DNA from: an uncultured bacterium
GTDB lineage: Bacteria; Patescibacteriota; Minisyncoccia; Phycocordibacterales; UBA2100
Assembly (NCBI GenBank): GCA_903854215.1
Contig: CAINVT010000009.1
Coordinates: 191-64,190, forward strand
Direction of reading: 5' to 3'
Length of the DNA stretch: 64,000 bases
The notes beneath the pieces are model-generated. The model saw only the letters and a list, made by a program, of their open reading frames with translations. It did not search any database and was not told the DNA's origin. Both the position numbers and the translations under genes were made by a program. Shown here in pieces: positions 1-10,129 of the stretch (position 1 is its first letter; each line of letters begins with the position of its first letter).

Positions 1-2
1 CC

Positions 3-173
3 ACAGCAGGAAATCCGCATGCCGCACAAGCAGTCGGCGCAGTCATGAGGGCGAATTTCGATTCCGATATCCCGTGCCATCGAGTCATCAAGAGTGATGG
101 CTCAGTCGGCAGCTACAATCGCGGCGGCGCGAAGCGCAAGGAGGATATCTTAAAAGCGGAAGGTGCAATCTGA
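3..173 (+). CDS. ogt: 3' end of methylated-DNA-protein-cysteine methyltransferase (Ogt/MGMT); partial, continues upstream of window
   Basis: Frame 3 translates to ...PCHRVIKSDGSVGSYNRGGAKRKEDILKAEGAI*. The PCHRV active-site motif and the G-x-GGY...K..LL..EG C-terminal pattern are typical of MGMT. Confidence 0.6.
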   Translation, partial: TAGNPHAAQAVGAVMRANFDSDIPCHRVIKSDGSVGSYNRGGAKRKEDILKAEGAI

Positions 174-197
174 AGTGCCTGCTGCTATACTCGTTCG

Positions 198-1250
198 ATG
201 AAATACAAAAAACTGAATGGCACCGACATTGATGTCTCGCTCATCTGTCTCGGCACCATGAATTGGGGTCAGCAGAATACAGAGCAGGATGCGCATGATC
301 AGCTGGATTATGCAGTCGCGCATGATGTGAACTTCATCGACACTGCGGAGGTCTACCCGGTGCCACCCGAGGCAGAGAGGCAGGGAAGGACCGAGTCGTA
401 TCTCGGCAGCTGGCTCAAGAAGACGGGAAAGCGCAAAGATCTCATCCTTGCGAGCAAGGTTTCGCCATCGGACGTTATCAGGACCAGGTCGTACGCGGGC
501 GATTTTCCGCGTCTCGATCGCAAGAATATCCTTGCTGCTATCGACGGTTCGCTCACGCGCCTCAATACCGATTATCTCGATCTCTATCAGGTGCATTGGC
601 CGGAGCGGAAAACGAATTTTTTCGGCGTTCGCGGAGTCGAATCTATCTCGTCGGACGATGCGGCTGTGACAACGATCGAAGAGACTCTTTCGGCACTTGC
701 CGAGGTGGTGAAGTCCGGCAAGGCGCGCTACATCGGCGTATCGAACGAGACACCGTGGGGTCTCACGGAATATCTGCGGCTTGCCAAAGAAAAAGGACTG
801 CCGCGCATCATCACGACACAAAACCAGTATTCGCTCACGAACCGCACCTTCGAGATCGGTCTCTCCGAAATCTGTCTTCGCGAGAATGTCGGACTCCTCG
901 CATATTCGCCGCTTTCCATGGGAGTTCTCTCCGGCAAGTATCTTGACGGGGCACGGCCTGTCGGCGCACGATTCACGCTCTTCGAGCGCAACGGTACACG
1001 TTATAATCCGCCGAATACCCAGGAAGCTGTCCGGAAGTACGTCGCGCTCGCGCGCGCGAACAATCTCGATCCGGCGACGCTTGCGCTTGCGTTCGTGAAT
1101 GGCCGTTCCTTCGTTACATCGAATATTATCGGGGCGACAAGCGTCGAACAGCTGGCAATCGATATCGCAAGCGCTGACGTGGAGCTATCTGCGGATATCA
1201 TGAATGAAATCACGGCTATCTATGCGACCTATCCGGATCCGACCGCATAG
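198..1250 (+). CDS. NADP-dependent aldo/keto reductase (Tas-like)
   Basis: 350 aa. The N-terminus LICLGTMNWGQQ...NFIDTAEVYP and the C-terminal IIGATSVEQL are characteristic of the AKR family (Tas/YajO-like). Confidence 0.85.
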   Translation: MKYKKLNGTDIDVSLICLGTMNWGQQNTEQDAHDQLDYAVAHDVNFIDTAEVYPVPPEAERQGRTESYLGSWLKKTGKRKDLILASKVSPSDVIRTRSYAGDFPRLDRKNILAAIDGSLTRLNTDYLDLYQVHWPERKTNFFGVRGVESISSDDAAVTTIEETLSALAEVVKSGKARYIGVSNETPWGLTEYLRLAKEKGLPRIITTQNQYSLTNRTFEIGLSEICLRENVGLLAYSPLSMGVLSGKYLDGARPVGARFTLFERNGTRYNPPNTQEAVRKYVALARANNLDPATLALAFVNGRSFVTSNIIGATSVEQLAIDIASADVELSADIMNEITAIYATYPDPTA

Positions 1251-1261
1251 CAATCTCAGTC

Positions 1262-1942
1262 ATGACCGATGAACACGAGGTGAAGATCGAGCCCTCTTGG
1301 CAGCGGCATCTTTCATCGGAGTTCCAGGCGGCTTATTTCAAAGCGCTTTCATCATTCGTGCGGGAGCAATACACGCATGCGATCGTCTATCCGCCGCCGA
1401 AGAATGTCTTTCGTGCGTTCGAGCTGACTACGTTCGACAATGTCGAGGTGGTGATCCTTGGGCAAGATCCGTACCACGGGCCGAAGCAGGCAAATGGTCT
1501 GTGTTTTGCGGTGTCGGAAGGAATCAATGCACCGCCGTCGCTTCAGAATATTTTCAAAGAGATCGAGAGTGACCTCGGCAGGCCGATCATTCATCGCACT
1601 GGGGATCTCGAACGCTGGGCGAAACAAGGCGTGTTGCTTCTCAATGCGACGTTGACCGTCAAGGCTCACAAAGCGGGTTCGCATCAGGGACGGGGTTGGG
1701 AACAATTCACAGATGCCGCAATCAAGGCGCTCTCGGAAGGGCGCGAGCATCTCGTCTTCATGTTGTGGGGCAATTATGCGAAGGCAAAAGGTGCACACAT
1801 AGATCGGTCGAAACATTTCGTACTTGAGTCTGCGCACCCGTCACCATTCTCGGCATTCAACGGATTTTTTGGGAATAAACATTTTAGCCGTGCGAATGCA
1901 TATCTTGAAGCTCACGGGAAAAAGCCTATCGACTGGCTATAA
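1262..1942 (+). CDS. ung: uracil-DNA glycosylase family 1
   Basis: 226 aa with the VVILGQDPYHGPKQANGLCFAV and HPSPFSA motifs (UDG family 1 catalytic motifs). Confidence 0.9.
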   Translation: MTDEHEVKIEPSWQRHLSSEFQAAYFKALSSFVREQYTHAIVYPPPKNVFRAFELTTFDNVEVVILGQDPYHGPKQANGLCFAVSEGINAPPSLQNIFKEIESDLGRPIIHRTGDLERWAKQGVLLLNATLTVKAHKAGSHQGRGWEQFTDAAIKALSEGREHLVFMLWGNYAKAKGAHIDRSKHFVLESAHPSPFSAFNGFFGNKHFSRANAYLEAHGKKPIDWL

Positions 1943-1956
1943 AAAGTGCGCTATCC

Positions 1957-3264
1957 TTGGGCGCTATGAAGGCGACCCTAAAAAAAGTCCGCAACGTATA
2001 CGGAATCACAGAATACAAACTGTCGAATGGTCTACGAGTCCTGTATAAGCGTGATACGACACTACCGATCGCGGCCGTATGCGTAACCTTTCACGTCGGA
2101 AGCCGCAATGAGGCAACAGGACATACCGGCGCGACGCATATTCTCGAACATCTCCTTTTTAAGGATTCGGAAAATTACACAAAGGCAAAAGGTAATTCGA
2201 TCACCGATCATCTCGAATGGATGGGGGCGCTGATGAATGCGACGACCTGGCTCGATCGAACCAACTATTTCGAAGTATTGCCCAAAGAACGGGTCGGTGA
2301 AGCGCTCGCGATGGAGGCGGATCGCATGCGCGGCAGTTTGTTCAACGATGCTGATCTCGTTTCCGAAATGACGGTCGTGCGCAATGAATTTGAACGCTCG
2401 CGCAATAATCCGTACGAGATCCTCGACGAAGCGGTCACAGCGACGGCGTTCACCACACATCCGTATCGTATCCCGACGATCGGGCTCAAAGAGGATATTG
2501 AGGGTGCGACGGCCGCGAAACTACGTGAATTCTATGATCAGTTCTATTGGCCGAACAATGCCACGTTGGCTGTGTTCGGCGATGTCTCTCCGAAAGATTT
2601 CGAGAAACTTGTCGTCAAACATTTTGGAGCGATCCCGCATTTGCTGCATGAGATTCCTATCATGACGACGACAGAGCCGACTCAAACAGAATCGCGATCA
2701 TGTGAGATCCGCAAACCAGCCGGCGTATCGATTGCAACGCTCACATACAAGGCGCCGCGTGCGACCGACATCGATTTTGTTCCGGTCCACGTCCTCGCGA
2801 CGATACTCGCGGGAGGATTTTCCAGCAGATTACAGAAGAAGATTGTCGACAAAGGGCTCGCCGCGGAGATCCATTCATCGGTATTTCCGCTTTTTGATCC
2901 GGGTACGATGTCGTTTACTGCGACGATCGGCAAAAATGTCGAACCAAAACGGGTGCTTGATAGCATGCGACGCGAAATGCGAACAATCGCACAGAAGGGC
3001 ATCCTTGCCGCCGAGCTCACGCGTGCGCGTGAACGGATCCTGTCGCAGATCGCCGACGAGCGTGACGGAATTTTTAACGAGATCCGTTCGGTATCCGAAT
3101 CGATCGCGGCGGGGGATTGGACGCTCGGATATGCGTTCGAAGAGCGTCTTATACATCTAAAAGTGAGCGACATTCACAGAGCGGCTAAAAAATATCTCAA
3201 TACAACACAGGAGACATCAGGAATATTGGTCGACACCTTATCAATACCATCTGCAACGATATGA
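1957..3264 (+). CDS. M16 (pitrilysin/insulinase) family zinc peptidase, active subunit
   Basis: 435 aa. Inverted zinc-binding motif HILEHLLF (HxxEH) with a downstream Glu; M16B architecture. Confidence 0.8.
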   Translation: MGAMKATLKKVRNVYGITEYKLSNGLRVLYKRDTTLPIAAVCVTFHVGSRNEATGHTGATHILEHLLFKDSENYTKAKGNSITDHLEWMGALMNATTWLDRTNYFEVLPKERVGEALAMEADRMRGSLFNDADLVSEMTVVRNEFERSRNNPYEILDEAVTATAFTTHPYRIPTIGLKEDIEGATAAKLREFYDQFYWPNNATLAVFGDVSPKDFEKLVVKHFGAIPHLLHEIPIMTTTEPTQTESRSCEIRKPAGVSIATLTYKAPRATDIDFVPVHVLATILAGGFSSRLQKKIVDKGLAAEIHSSVFPLFDPGTMSFTATIGKNVEPKRVLDSMRREMRTIAQKGILAAELTRARERILSQIADERDGIFNEIRSVSESIAAGDWTLGYAFEERLIHLKVSDIHRAAKKYLNTTQETSGILVDTLSIPSATI

Positions 3265-4526
3265 GCTACGCAAAACGCATACACGTTCATAAGCCTCGTA
3301 CCGGCGGTACGGCACTCATTTCATCATTCCCGTCGCACGGAATGGTCTCGATTGTCGGAAGTGTTGCGGGGGGTGGGCGACTCGCCGGCAGTGATGCGCT
3401 CGCACAGGCACATGCTGCGATGCTGCTCGAGGGGACGAAACGACGCTCAAAGTCTGATATACAGATTGCCCTCGATACGATGGGCGCGTCACTCTCGTTT
3501 GCGATTCAGCGTGATCGGCTCACCTTTAGCGCGCATGTTCGCGACCACCATCTCAAAAAATTACTTATACTCATCGCCGAGGTTTTGATCGAACCGTCAT
3601 TTCCTGTGCGTGAATTGGCGATCTTTAAAGAGCGAACTGTCGCCGAACTTTCACTCGAAGGCCAAGATACGCGCGCGCAGGCGGAGATAAATCTTTCGCA
3701 TCTATTGTATGATTCGGAACATCCGAATTATCAGGTCTCGACCGAAGATTCTCGTGCAGCGTTCGCAAAAATAACGCGTGCCGAACTCGTGAAATATCAT
3801 ATTCGCGCGATCAGTCGGAAAACACTTGTGGTATCTGCTTGCGGTGATATGAAAAGTTCAGAACTTTTCGATATGATCGAACGTACATTCGCAAAACTTC
3901 CCGACAATGAGGTGCAGCTTCCGCCTTTTGTGCCCGCAGTGCCGCATAGAGCTCGTTCTATTACGACTTCTATCGAGGACAAAGCGAGCATCGATCATAG
4001 GCTGGGATGTGCGACCGCTATTACCAAAGACAATCCCGATTATCCGGCGCTTGTGCTTGGTTTGCAAATACTCGGCAATCGAAGCGGTTTTACCGGTCGT
4101 CTGATGAAAACGGTGCGTAAGGTCGAAGGACTGACCTATGGCGTCTACGCGTATCCTGCGGGCTTCAACAATGCCGATGGGTACGTTACGACCTGGGCAA
4201 CATTCGCGCCGGAGCTTTACGAACGCGGTAAAAATGCCGTCATGAGAGAGATTCGCATGATCGTCACCGATGGTGCGACCGCCGACGAGGTGAAGAAGCA
4301 TCGTACGATGTTCGAAGCGCGTTCTCGCGTGACCATATCGAATTCGGGAGACCTCGCACATGCTGCTCATGATAATGCGGTTGAAGGACATGCACCGTCA
4401 TATCTCGACGAATTTCCCCAACGTGTGCTCAAGCTCACCAGTAAGCAGATCAATGCAGCACTCAAAAAATATCTCATTCTAGATGATCTCTCAGAATCCG
4501 CCGCCGGCCCGATCCCTCAGGCATAG
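3261..4526 (+). CDS. M16 family peptidase-like protein lacking HxxEH (non-catalytic partner subunit)
   Basis: 421 aa, overlaps the upstream gene by 4 nt (ATGA). M16-like length and position but no HxxEH motif, as in heterodimeric M16B pairs. Confidence 0.65.
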   Translation: MSYAKRIHVHKPRTGGTALISSFPSHGMVSIVGSVAGGGRLAGSDALAQAHAAMLLEGTKRRSKSDIQIALDTMGASLSFAIQRDRLTFSAHVRDHHLKKLLILIAEVLIEPSFPVRELAIFKERTVAELSLEGQDTRAQAEINLSHLLYDSEHPNYQVSTEDSRAAFAKITRAELVKYHIRAISRKTLVVSACGDMKSSELFDMIERTFAKLPDNEVQLPPFVPAVPHRARSITTSIEDKASIDHRLGCATAITKDNPDYPALVLGLQILGNRSGFTGRLMKTVRKVEGLTYGVYAYPAGFNNADGYVTTWATFAPELYERGKNAVMREIRMIVTDGATADEVKKHRTMFEARSRVTISNSGDLAHAAHDNAVEGHAPSYLDEFPQRVLKLTSKQINAALKKYLILDDLSESAAGPIPQA

Positions 4527-4574
4527 TCGTGCAGTCGCTTTTCAATCGCGACAAAATACGCTACGCTAACCACC

Positions 4575-6536
4575 ATGAAGGTCAACGAAGTTCGCGCCAA
4601 ATATTTCGAATATTTCAAAGCGCGCGGTCATGTCGAAATTCCGTCGGCATCTCTCGTGCCGCAAAACGATCCGACGACACTCTTTACCGGTAGCGGTATG
4701 CAACCGCTTCTGCCGTATTTGCTGGGCGAAGTGCATCCGAAGGGTAACCGACTCGTCGATAGTCAGAAAAGTTTTCGTGCGGAAGATATTGAGGAAGTCG
4801 GTGATAACCGTCATACGACGTTCTTCGAGATGCTCGGCAACTGGTCTCTCGGTGATTACTTCAAGCACGAACAGCTGCAATGGTTTTTCGAATTTCTTAC
4901 CGACGAGGTCGGTGTCGATCCGAGTAGGCTCTACGTGACCGCGTTCATGGGCGATGAGAAGAATAACTTGCCCAAAGATACTGAGGCTGTTGATATCTGG
5001 AAAGGACTTTTCGCCGGAAAAGGTATTGAGGCACATGCAATTGAGATCGGTTCCGAGGCTGACGGATATGCGAAGGGAATGCAGGGCGGCCGTATCTTTT
5101 ACTACGAAGCGAAGAAGAATTGGTGGAGTCGGGCAGGCGTACCCGAAAAGATGCCGGCCGGGGAACCAGGTGGACCGGATAGCGAGGTTTTTTACGATTT
5201 CGGATTGCCTCATGACGAAAGCTTTGGTGCGAATTGCCATCCGAATTGCGACTGCGGGCGATTCATGGAGCTCGGAAACTCGGTTTTTATGCAATATCTG
5301 AAGAATGAAGACGGCACATTCGGCTTGCTACCGAAGCAGAATGTCGATTTCGGAGGCGGAATAGAGCGCATCACGGCAGCAAGTAATAACGACCCCGATG
5401 TATTCCATATCGATGCATTCATGGATGTGATCGATCTACTGGTCCATTTTTCCGGTAAGCCCTATGACGATAGTGCCTGGAAGAAGTCCTATCGAATCGT
5501 TGCGGATCATATGCGCGCTTCAGTTTTTATGCTCGCCGACGGCGTTCGTCCGAGTAATACCGATCGCGGATATGTTTTGCGACGACTCTTGCGTCGCGCA
5601 GCGCAGCATGCACAGAAGCTTGGTGTTGAAAATGATCAGAAAGAAGAAAGTATGCTCAATCGATGTGCCGTGATTATTATCGAAAAATACAAGGAAGCGT
5701 ATCCGGAGCTTGCAACGGAAGAGATGTACGAGGCAATAACCAGTGAGATATGGAAGGAAGAGAAGCAGTTCGGCCACGCATTGGTGACCGGAATGAAAGA
5801 ATTCGAAAAACTCACTTCAAATGTGGGACTTACGAAGTCCCACATTTTGGGGGAAGATGCTTTTATGCTTTTTACAACGTATGGATTTCCGTTCGAAATG
5901 ACTCAAGAGATCGCAGCAGAGCGTGGTCTTTCTGTCGACGCCGATGGTTTCAAGGCGCTCATGATCAAACATCAGGATCTTTCTCGTGCGGGCAGTGAAC
6001 AAAAGTTCAAAGGTGGCTTGGCCGATCATTCAGAAGCGACTACTCGGCTGCATACCGCGCATCACGTGCTTCTCAAGGCACTGCAGACCGTTCTGGGCGA
6101 TCATGTGAAGCAGCGCGGCAGCAATATCACGAGCGAGCGATTACGCATCGACTTTTCTCATACTGCCAAGATGACGCCGGAACAGATCGCAGCTGTTGAA
6201 TGTATCGTCAATGAAGTGATCAGAAAGGAATTACCAGTGGTCCGTAGCACACTTCCGAAAGATGAGGCGGAGAAGCTCGGTGCCGAGCACGAGTTCGGTG
6301 CAAAGTATCCGGACATGGTCTCGATCTATTCAATCGGTCCTATTGGTGCAACGGAATCGGATCCGCATTATGATCAGGCATATTCACTCGAATTCTGCGG
6401 CGGTCCGCATGTATCGAATACTCGCGAGCTCGCTTTTTCAGACAGCTCCTCGACTGCGCTCGGGCCAAAATTTAAAATTTTGAAAGAAGAGGCGGTCGCA
6501 GCAGGAATTCGTCGTATCAAGGCGGTGATCCAATAA
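4575..6536 (+). CDS. alaS: alanine-tRNA ligase, short form (653 aa; lacks the C-terminal oligomerisation/C-Ala region)
   Basis: The N-terminus MKVNEVRAKYFEYFKARGHVEIPSASLVPQNDPTTLFTGSGMQ is the class II AlaRS catalytic core. The editing-domain HxxxH motif is present (HTAHHVLLKAL). The protein ends roughly 200 aa short of the canonical bacterial AlaRS. Confidence 0.85.
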   Translation: MKVNEVRAKYFEYFKARGHVEIPSASLVPQNDPTTLFTGSGMQPLLPYLLGEVHPKGNRLVDSQKSFRAEDIEEVGDNRHTTFFEMLGNWSLGDYFKHEQLQWFFEFLTDEVGVDPSRLYVTAFMGDEKNNLPKDTEAVDIWKGLFAGKGIEAHAIEIGSEADGYAKGMQGGRIFYYEAKKNWWSRAGVPEKMPAGEPGGPDSEVFYDFGLPHDESFGANCHPNCDCGRFMELGNSVFMQYLKNEDGTFGLLPKQNVDFGGGIERITAASNNDPDVFHIDAFMDVIDLLVHFSGKPYDDSAWKKSYRIVADHMRASVFMLADGVRPSNTDRGYVLRRLLRRAAQHAQKLGVENDQKEESMLNRCAVIIIEKYKEAYPELATEEMYEAITSEIWKEEKQFGHALVTGMKEFEKLTSNVGLTKSHILGEDAFMLFTTYGFPFEMTQEIAAERGLSVDADGFKALMIKHQDLSRAGSEQKFKGGLADHSEATTRLHTAHHVLLKALQTVLGDHVKQRGSNITSERLRIDFSHTAKMTPEQIAAVECIVNEVIRKELPVVRSTLPKDEAEKLGAEHEFGAKYPDMVSIYSIGPIGATESDPHYDQAYSLEFCGGPHVSNTRELAFSDSSSTALGPKFKILKEEAVAAGIRRIKAVIQ

Positions 6537-6576
6537 CAACTTTGCGGTGCCGTTGCTCTGGTATACTTGATAGCGC

Positions 6577-7731
6577 ATGTTCGGAAGAACGAACGTATCA
6601 AAAAAGATCGTCGCGGTCGCTCATGTCGAGAGCGCGGGTGTCGGTGTTGCGATCATTGCGATCAGCGCGAAAGGTCCCGCGATGGTGCTTGAGTATGAGC
6701 GGGTGACGTTACCCGAAGGAAATCGCGATACGAACGCGATCGCGACCGGCGTTGTAACGAGTTTGGCTGATGCATGGAAGAACGCGCTCACCCGATTCGT
6801 AACAGGTCCCCATAAAGGTACGCAGATATCCGACGCATACGCCGTTATCGATGCGCCGTGGACACATTCACAGACGACACATGCGAGCAGTATTTTCGAA
6901 AAAGAGACCCGTATTGCAGCCGTAATGATCAAAGACGCCGCCCAACAGGCTCTGACGACCGGCACGGAGATTGATATGAGCAATCTTATCGAATCTACCG
7001 TTGTTCGCGTAGAACTCAATGGGTACCCGACCGGATCTCCGATTGGCAAAATGGCGCATCAACTATCGGTCGCTGCACTCATGAGTGATTGCGATACGAC
7101 GATCAAAAAAGGACTTACTGAAACGTTTGCGAACCTATTTCCGGGTGCCGCATTGACATTGCGTTCAAAGTCACGTGCACTCGTCTCCGCTATGAATATG
7201 ATACCCTGCCTGGGAAAGGACTATGTAATCCTCACCGTGACGACTGAGGCGAGCAATGTGCTGGTCATACGGGATGGCCTTACCGTGCAGTCCGTGCAGA
7301 TTTCAGAAGGAATACACTCGATCATAAAAAGAATTTCTGATAAAAGCGTCCCTGAAGAGGCGCTCTCGCTCCTGCGAATGATCGAACGTAACGAATGTAA
7401 CGGCGAAGCGTGTGAAGCTATAACTGATTTGATGGCGCGTGCAGAAATCGATCTCGCACGCGTATATGGAGATACATTTGCGAAGATTGCGTCATTGGCA
7501 CGTCTACCGGCAGATCTCATTCTGATAACTCAAAGCGATCTCGTCCCTTGGCTCGCCGCCTTTTTCACCCGTATCGATTTTACCCAATTCACTCTTACGA
7601 CGCAGCCGTTTTCCGTTCATGTGCTGGGTCGTAAAGAACTTGTATCCCAGGTCAATGCCGATACTGCAGTGGTTCCCGATATTGAACTCATGATCGCCGG
7701 AGCACTTGTCAACAGTGAAGAACAATCTTGA
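6577..7731 (+). CDS. hypothetical protein; possible actin-fold (FtsA/PilM-like) ATPase
   Basis: 384 aa. The N-terminal KIVAVAHVESAGVGVAII resembles the phosphate-1 motif of ASKHA/actin-fold ATPases. No other recognisable motif, so the fold assignment is tentative. Confidence 0.45.
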   Translation: MFGRTNVSKKIVAVAHVESAGVGVAIIAISAKGPAMVLEYERVTLPEGNRDTNAIATGVVTSLADAWKNALTRFVTGPHKGTQISDAYAVIDAPWTHSQTTHASSIFEKETRIAAVMIKDAAQQALTTGTEIDMSNLIESTVVRVELNGYPTGSPIGKMAHQLSVAALMSDCDTTIKKGLTETFANLFPGAALTLRSKSRALVSAMNMIPCLGKDYVILTVTTEASNVLVIRDGLTVQSVQISEGIHSIIKRISDKSVPEEALSLLRMIERNECNGEACEAITDLMARAEIDLARVYGDTFAKIASLARLPADLILITQSDLVPWLAAFFTRIDFTQFTLTTQPFSVHVLGRKELVSQVNADTAVVPDIELMIAGALVNSEEQS

Positions 7732-7759
7732 TTGTGCGTGTGATATACTAATCACTTGT

Positions 7760-9241
7760 ATGGCGAAAGATTTTTTTCAAGATATCGTACCTCCATCGAA
7801 TGACCGAACTCCGCGTCCGACTGCGCGAAAGGCTGCGGTTAAACCTCCCGTACAAGACGTGCAACCGCGCATAGCACCGGAACCGCCGTCAATACCTGCG
7901 GCCTCGTCGACTACGGAATACGTTGATGACGATATTTCATCCACTGAAACGGCTCCCGCACGCGGTATACGCAATATCAGTATGCCGCCGCGAGCTCGTT
8001 ATCGTTCGATGACAGGTGAGTCCGGAGAACCGCTCACTACTGCCGTCGGTATCCCGCCAACGAGACGTCGTTCGAATTTTTCGCGCACATGGATCTGGAT
8101 CATTGCCGTTGTGTGTCTCGCATTACTTGGTTTTCTTGCTCTTTTCATGTTTCGTGCGACGACAGTCACGCTCACTCCACGCTCACAAACAATTCATTTT
8201 GATCAGACATCGCAGTTTAGCGCGTACCCCGTTTCTACTTCGGCAACGGGAACACTTGCATACACCGTTGCGACGACTGATCTGCAAGATTCTGAAACGG
8301 TAACGAGCAACGGGACGACATCGACACAAATGAAAGCGTCCGGATCGATCACCGTTTACAACAATTCTTCCGCCTCCAGTGTCAAACTCATCAAGAATAC
8401 GCGTTTTCAGACACCGGATGGTCTTATATTCCGTGCCCCTGCGGATATTACTATTCCCGGCAAGCAAGGTTCGACACCCGGACAAGTGACCGTCACGGTC
8501 GTTGCCGATCAGGCCGGTCCGTCGTACAACGTCGGCCCGATTTCGCATCTCACCGTGCCCGGTCTGCAGTCCAATGCCGCGATGTATGCGAGTATTTATG
8601 CGCAATCTTCCGGCTCAATGACAGGCGGACTTTCAGGCACTCAGCCGGGCGTATCGGCAAGTGTTCGACAGGCCGCTATTTCCGACATACGGGCTCGACT
8701 TGCGCAAAAAGCGGCGCAGTATATTCAATCGCAAAACACATCGACGATGTTCGCTTTCGCGGGTCTTGCCGATATTACGTATAGCGATGGAACTGATAAC
8801 GCGGCTTCGAGCAGTCAGGTGACGATCAATGAAAACGCGCATATCCAAGTACCGGTCTTTGACGCTCATGCGCTTGCGACAACGGTCGCTCAGACCATGG
8901 CGGTCGATACCGGCAATACCCCGATCCAACTCGTTGACGGATCGGGTTTTAGCGCTCAACCTACAAATTCGACGGCGATCGCACTCGGCACTGACCCCAT
9001 CGACTTTTCATTGGTGGGGAGCGCGCAGATTTTGTGGAGTATTGACACAACAGCATTGGCACGTGCTCTCGCAGGACGCGATCAGAGTGTTTTTCAAACG
9101 GTTATCGGCAAATTTCCCGGTATTGAGTCGGCGCGTGCCCGTATAGAGCCGTTTTGGAGCAGTAGCTTCCCGAGTGATCCTGCCAAAATTACGGTCATTG
9201 TTTCGAATGCTGCAGCTTCTTCTTCAGTGCAAATCAAATAA
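7760..9241 (+). CDS. hypothetical bitopic membrane protein (Pro-rich cytoplasmic N-terminus, one TM helix, Ser/Thr-rich extracytoplasmic domain)
   Basis: ATG at 7760 in frame with the longer ORF from 7706. TM segment WIWIIAVVCLALLGFLALFMF. Low-complexity T/S-rich C-terminal 350 aa. Confidence 0.5.
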   Translation: MAKDFFQDIVPPSNDRTPRPTARKAAVKPPVQDVQPRIAPEPPSIPAASSTTEYVDDDISSTETAPARGIRNISMPPRARYRSMTGESGEPLTTAVGIPPTRRRSNFSRTWIWIIAVVCLALLGFLALFMFRATTVTLTPRSQTIHFDQTSQFSAYPVSTSATGTLAYTVATTDLQDSETVTSNGTTSTQMKASGSITVYNNSSASSVKLIKNTRFQTPDGLIFRAPADITIPGKQGSTPGQVTVTVVADQAGPSYNVGPISHLTVPGLQSNAAMYASIYAQSSGSMTGGLSGTQPGVSASVRQAAISDIRARLAQKAAQYIQSQNTSTMFAFAGLADITYSDGTDNAASSSQVTINENAHIQVPVFDAHALATTVAQTMAVDTGNTPIQLVDGSGFSAQPTNSTAIALGTDPIDFSLVGSAQILWSIDTTALARALAGRDQSVFQTVIGKFPGIESARARIEPFWSSSFPSDPAKITVIVSNAAASSSVQIK

Positions 9242-9285
9242 GCTTGACGATAGAAGGACTTTTTGTTACTCTCCAACGCGCAGAT

Positions 9286-9492
9286 ATGGCTGAACTAGAG
9301 GTTGTGGAAGGAATAGTCGATGAGACGCTTCCGAATACGCTCTTCCGTGTAAAGTTGGAGAGCGGTGTGGTTGTTCTTGCGTATCTTGCCGGGAAAATGC
9401 GTTTGCATCGGATCAAGGTCTTGGTGGGTGATCGCGTTCAACTGCAACTCGATCCCTATGGCGGCCGTGCTCGCATTGTTCGTAGAACGTAA
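9286..9492 (+). CDS. infA: translation initiation factor IF-1
   Basis: MAELEVVEGIVDETLPNTLFRVKLESGVVVLAYLAGKMRLHRIKVLVGDRVQLQLDPYGGRARIVRRT is an S1-like IF-1. The ORF track starts at an upstream TTG (9244); the ATG at 9286 gives the canonical 68-aa protein. Confidence 0.9.
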   Translation: MAELEVVEGIVDETLPNTLFRVKLESGVVVLAYLAGKMRLHRIKVLVGDRVQLQLDPYGGRARIVRRT

Positions 9493-9525
9493 GTTCACCG
9501 TGTCTTGTCAATCTATCTTATATTC

Positions 9526-9639
9526 ATGAAAGTCAAAGCTTCAGTAAAAAAGATTTGCATGCATTGTCACAGCGTTAAGCGCCGTGGTCGCTTGTGGGTG
9601 ATCTGCACCAATCCTCGTCATAAGCAGCGTCAAGGTTAA
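9526..9639 (+). CDS. rpmJ: 50S ribosomal protein L36
   Basis: Hand-translated, below the ORF-track size cutoff: [37 protein letters not shown]. Zinc-ribbon L36, in the canonical position between infA and rpsM. Confidence 0.9.
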   Translation: MKVKASVKKICMHCHSVKRRGRLWVICTNPRHKQRQG

Positions 9640-9659
9640 TTTTTATATACATTTTATTT

Positions 9660-10043
9660 ATGTTGCGCATTTCAGGAGTTACCATACCGGATACCAAACG
9701 TCTCGAGATCGGATTGACCACCATCTACGGTATCGGTCGTCCGCGGGCGTTGACGACACTTGCGGACCTCGGGATCGATCCGGGAATGCGCCCGACTGAT
9801 CTTTCTGCGGCGCAGGAGTCAGCGCTGCGCGAAGCCATCGAGAAGTTCGCCGTAGAAGGAGAATTGAAACGCGATATTAGCACGAACATCCGCCGCCTTA
9901 AGGACATCAAATCATATCGCGGTAGCCGTCATGCGAAGCATTTGCCCGCACACGGTCAGGGCACGAAGACGAATTCTCGTACGGTTCGTGGTAATGTTCG
10001 TAAGACTATGACTTCAGGTCGCCGTAAGCTTGAGAAGACATAA
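9660..10043 (+). CDS. rpsM: 30S ribosomal protein S13
   Basis: MLRISGVTIPDTKRLEIGLTTIYGIGRPRA... is the canonical S13 N-terminus. Confidence 0.95.
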   Translation: MLRISGVTIPDTKRLEIGLTTIYGIGRPRALTTLADLGIDPGMRPTDLSAAQESALREAIEKFAVEGELKRDISTNIRRLKDIKSYRGSRHAKHLPAHGQGTKTNSRTVRGNVRKTMTSGRRKLEKT

Positions 10044-10129
10044 GGAAATTTGAGCTTCTAGCTGCTAGGGACTAGGTTTTAGAAGTCTCAAAAAGCTAGC
10101 AACTAGAAACTAGAAACTAATTCAAAACC

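Noticed and set aside
150-821. 223-aa minus-strand ORF, and several other ORFs (353..565, 448..669, 596..946, 728..991) overlapping the aldo/keto reductase gene
   Set aside because: They are antisense to or out of frame with a well-supported AKR coding region, and their sequences are Arg/Ser-rich and low-complexity, typical of shadow ORFs in GC-balanced DNA.
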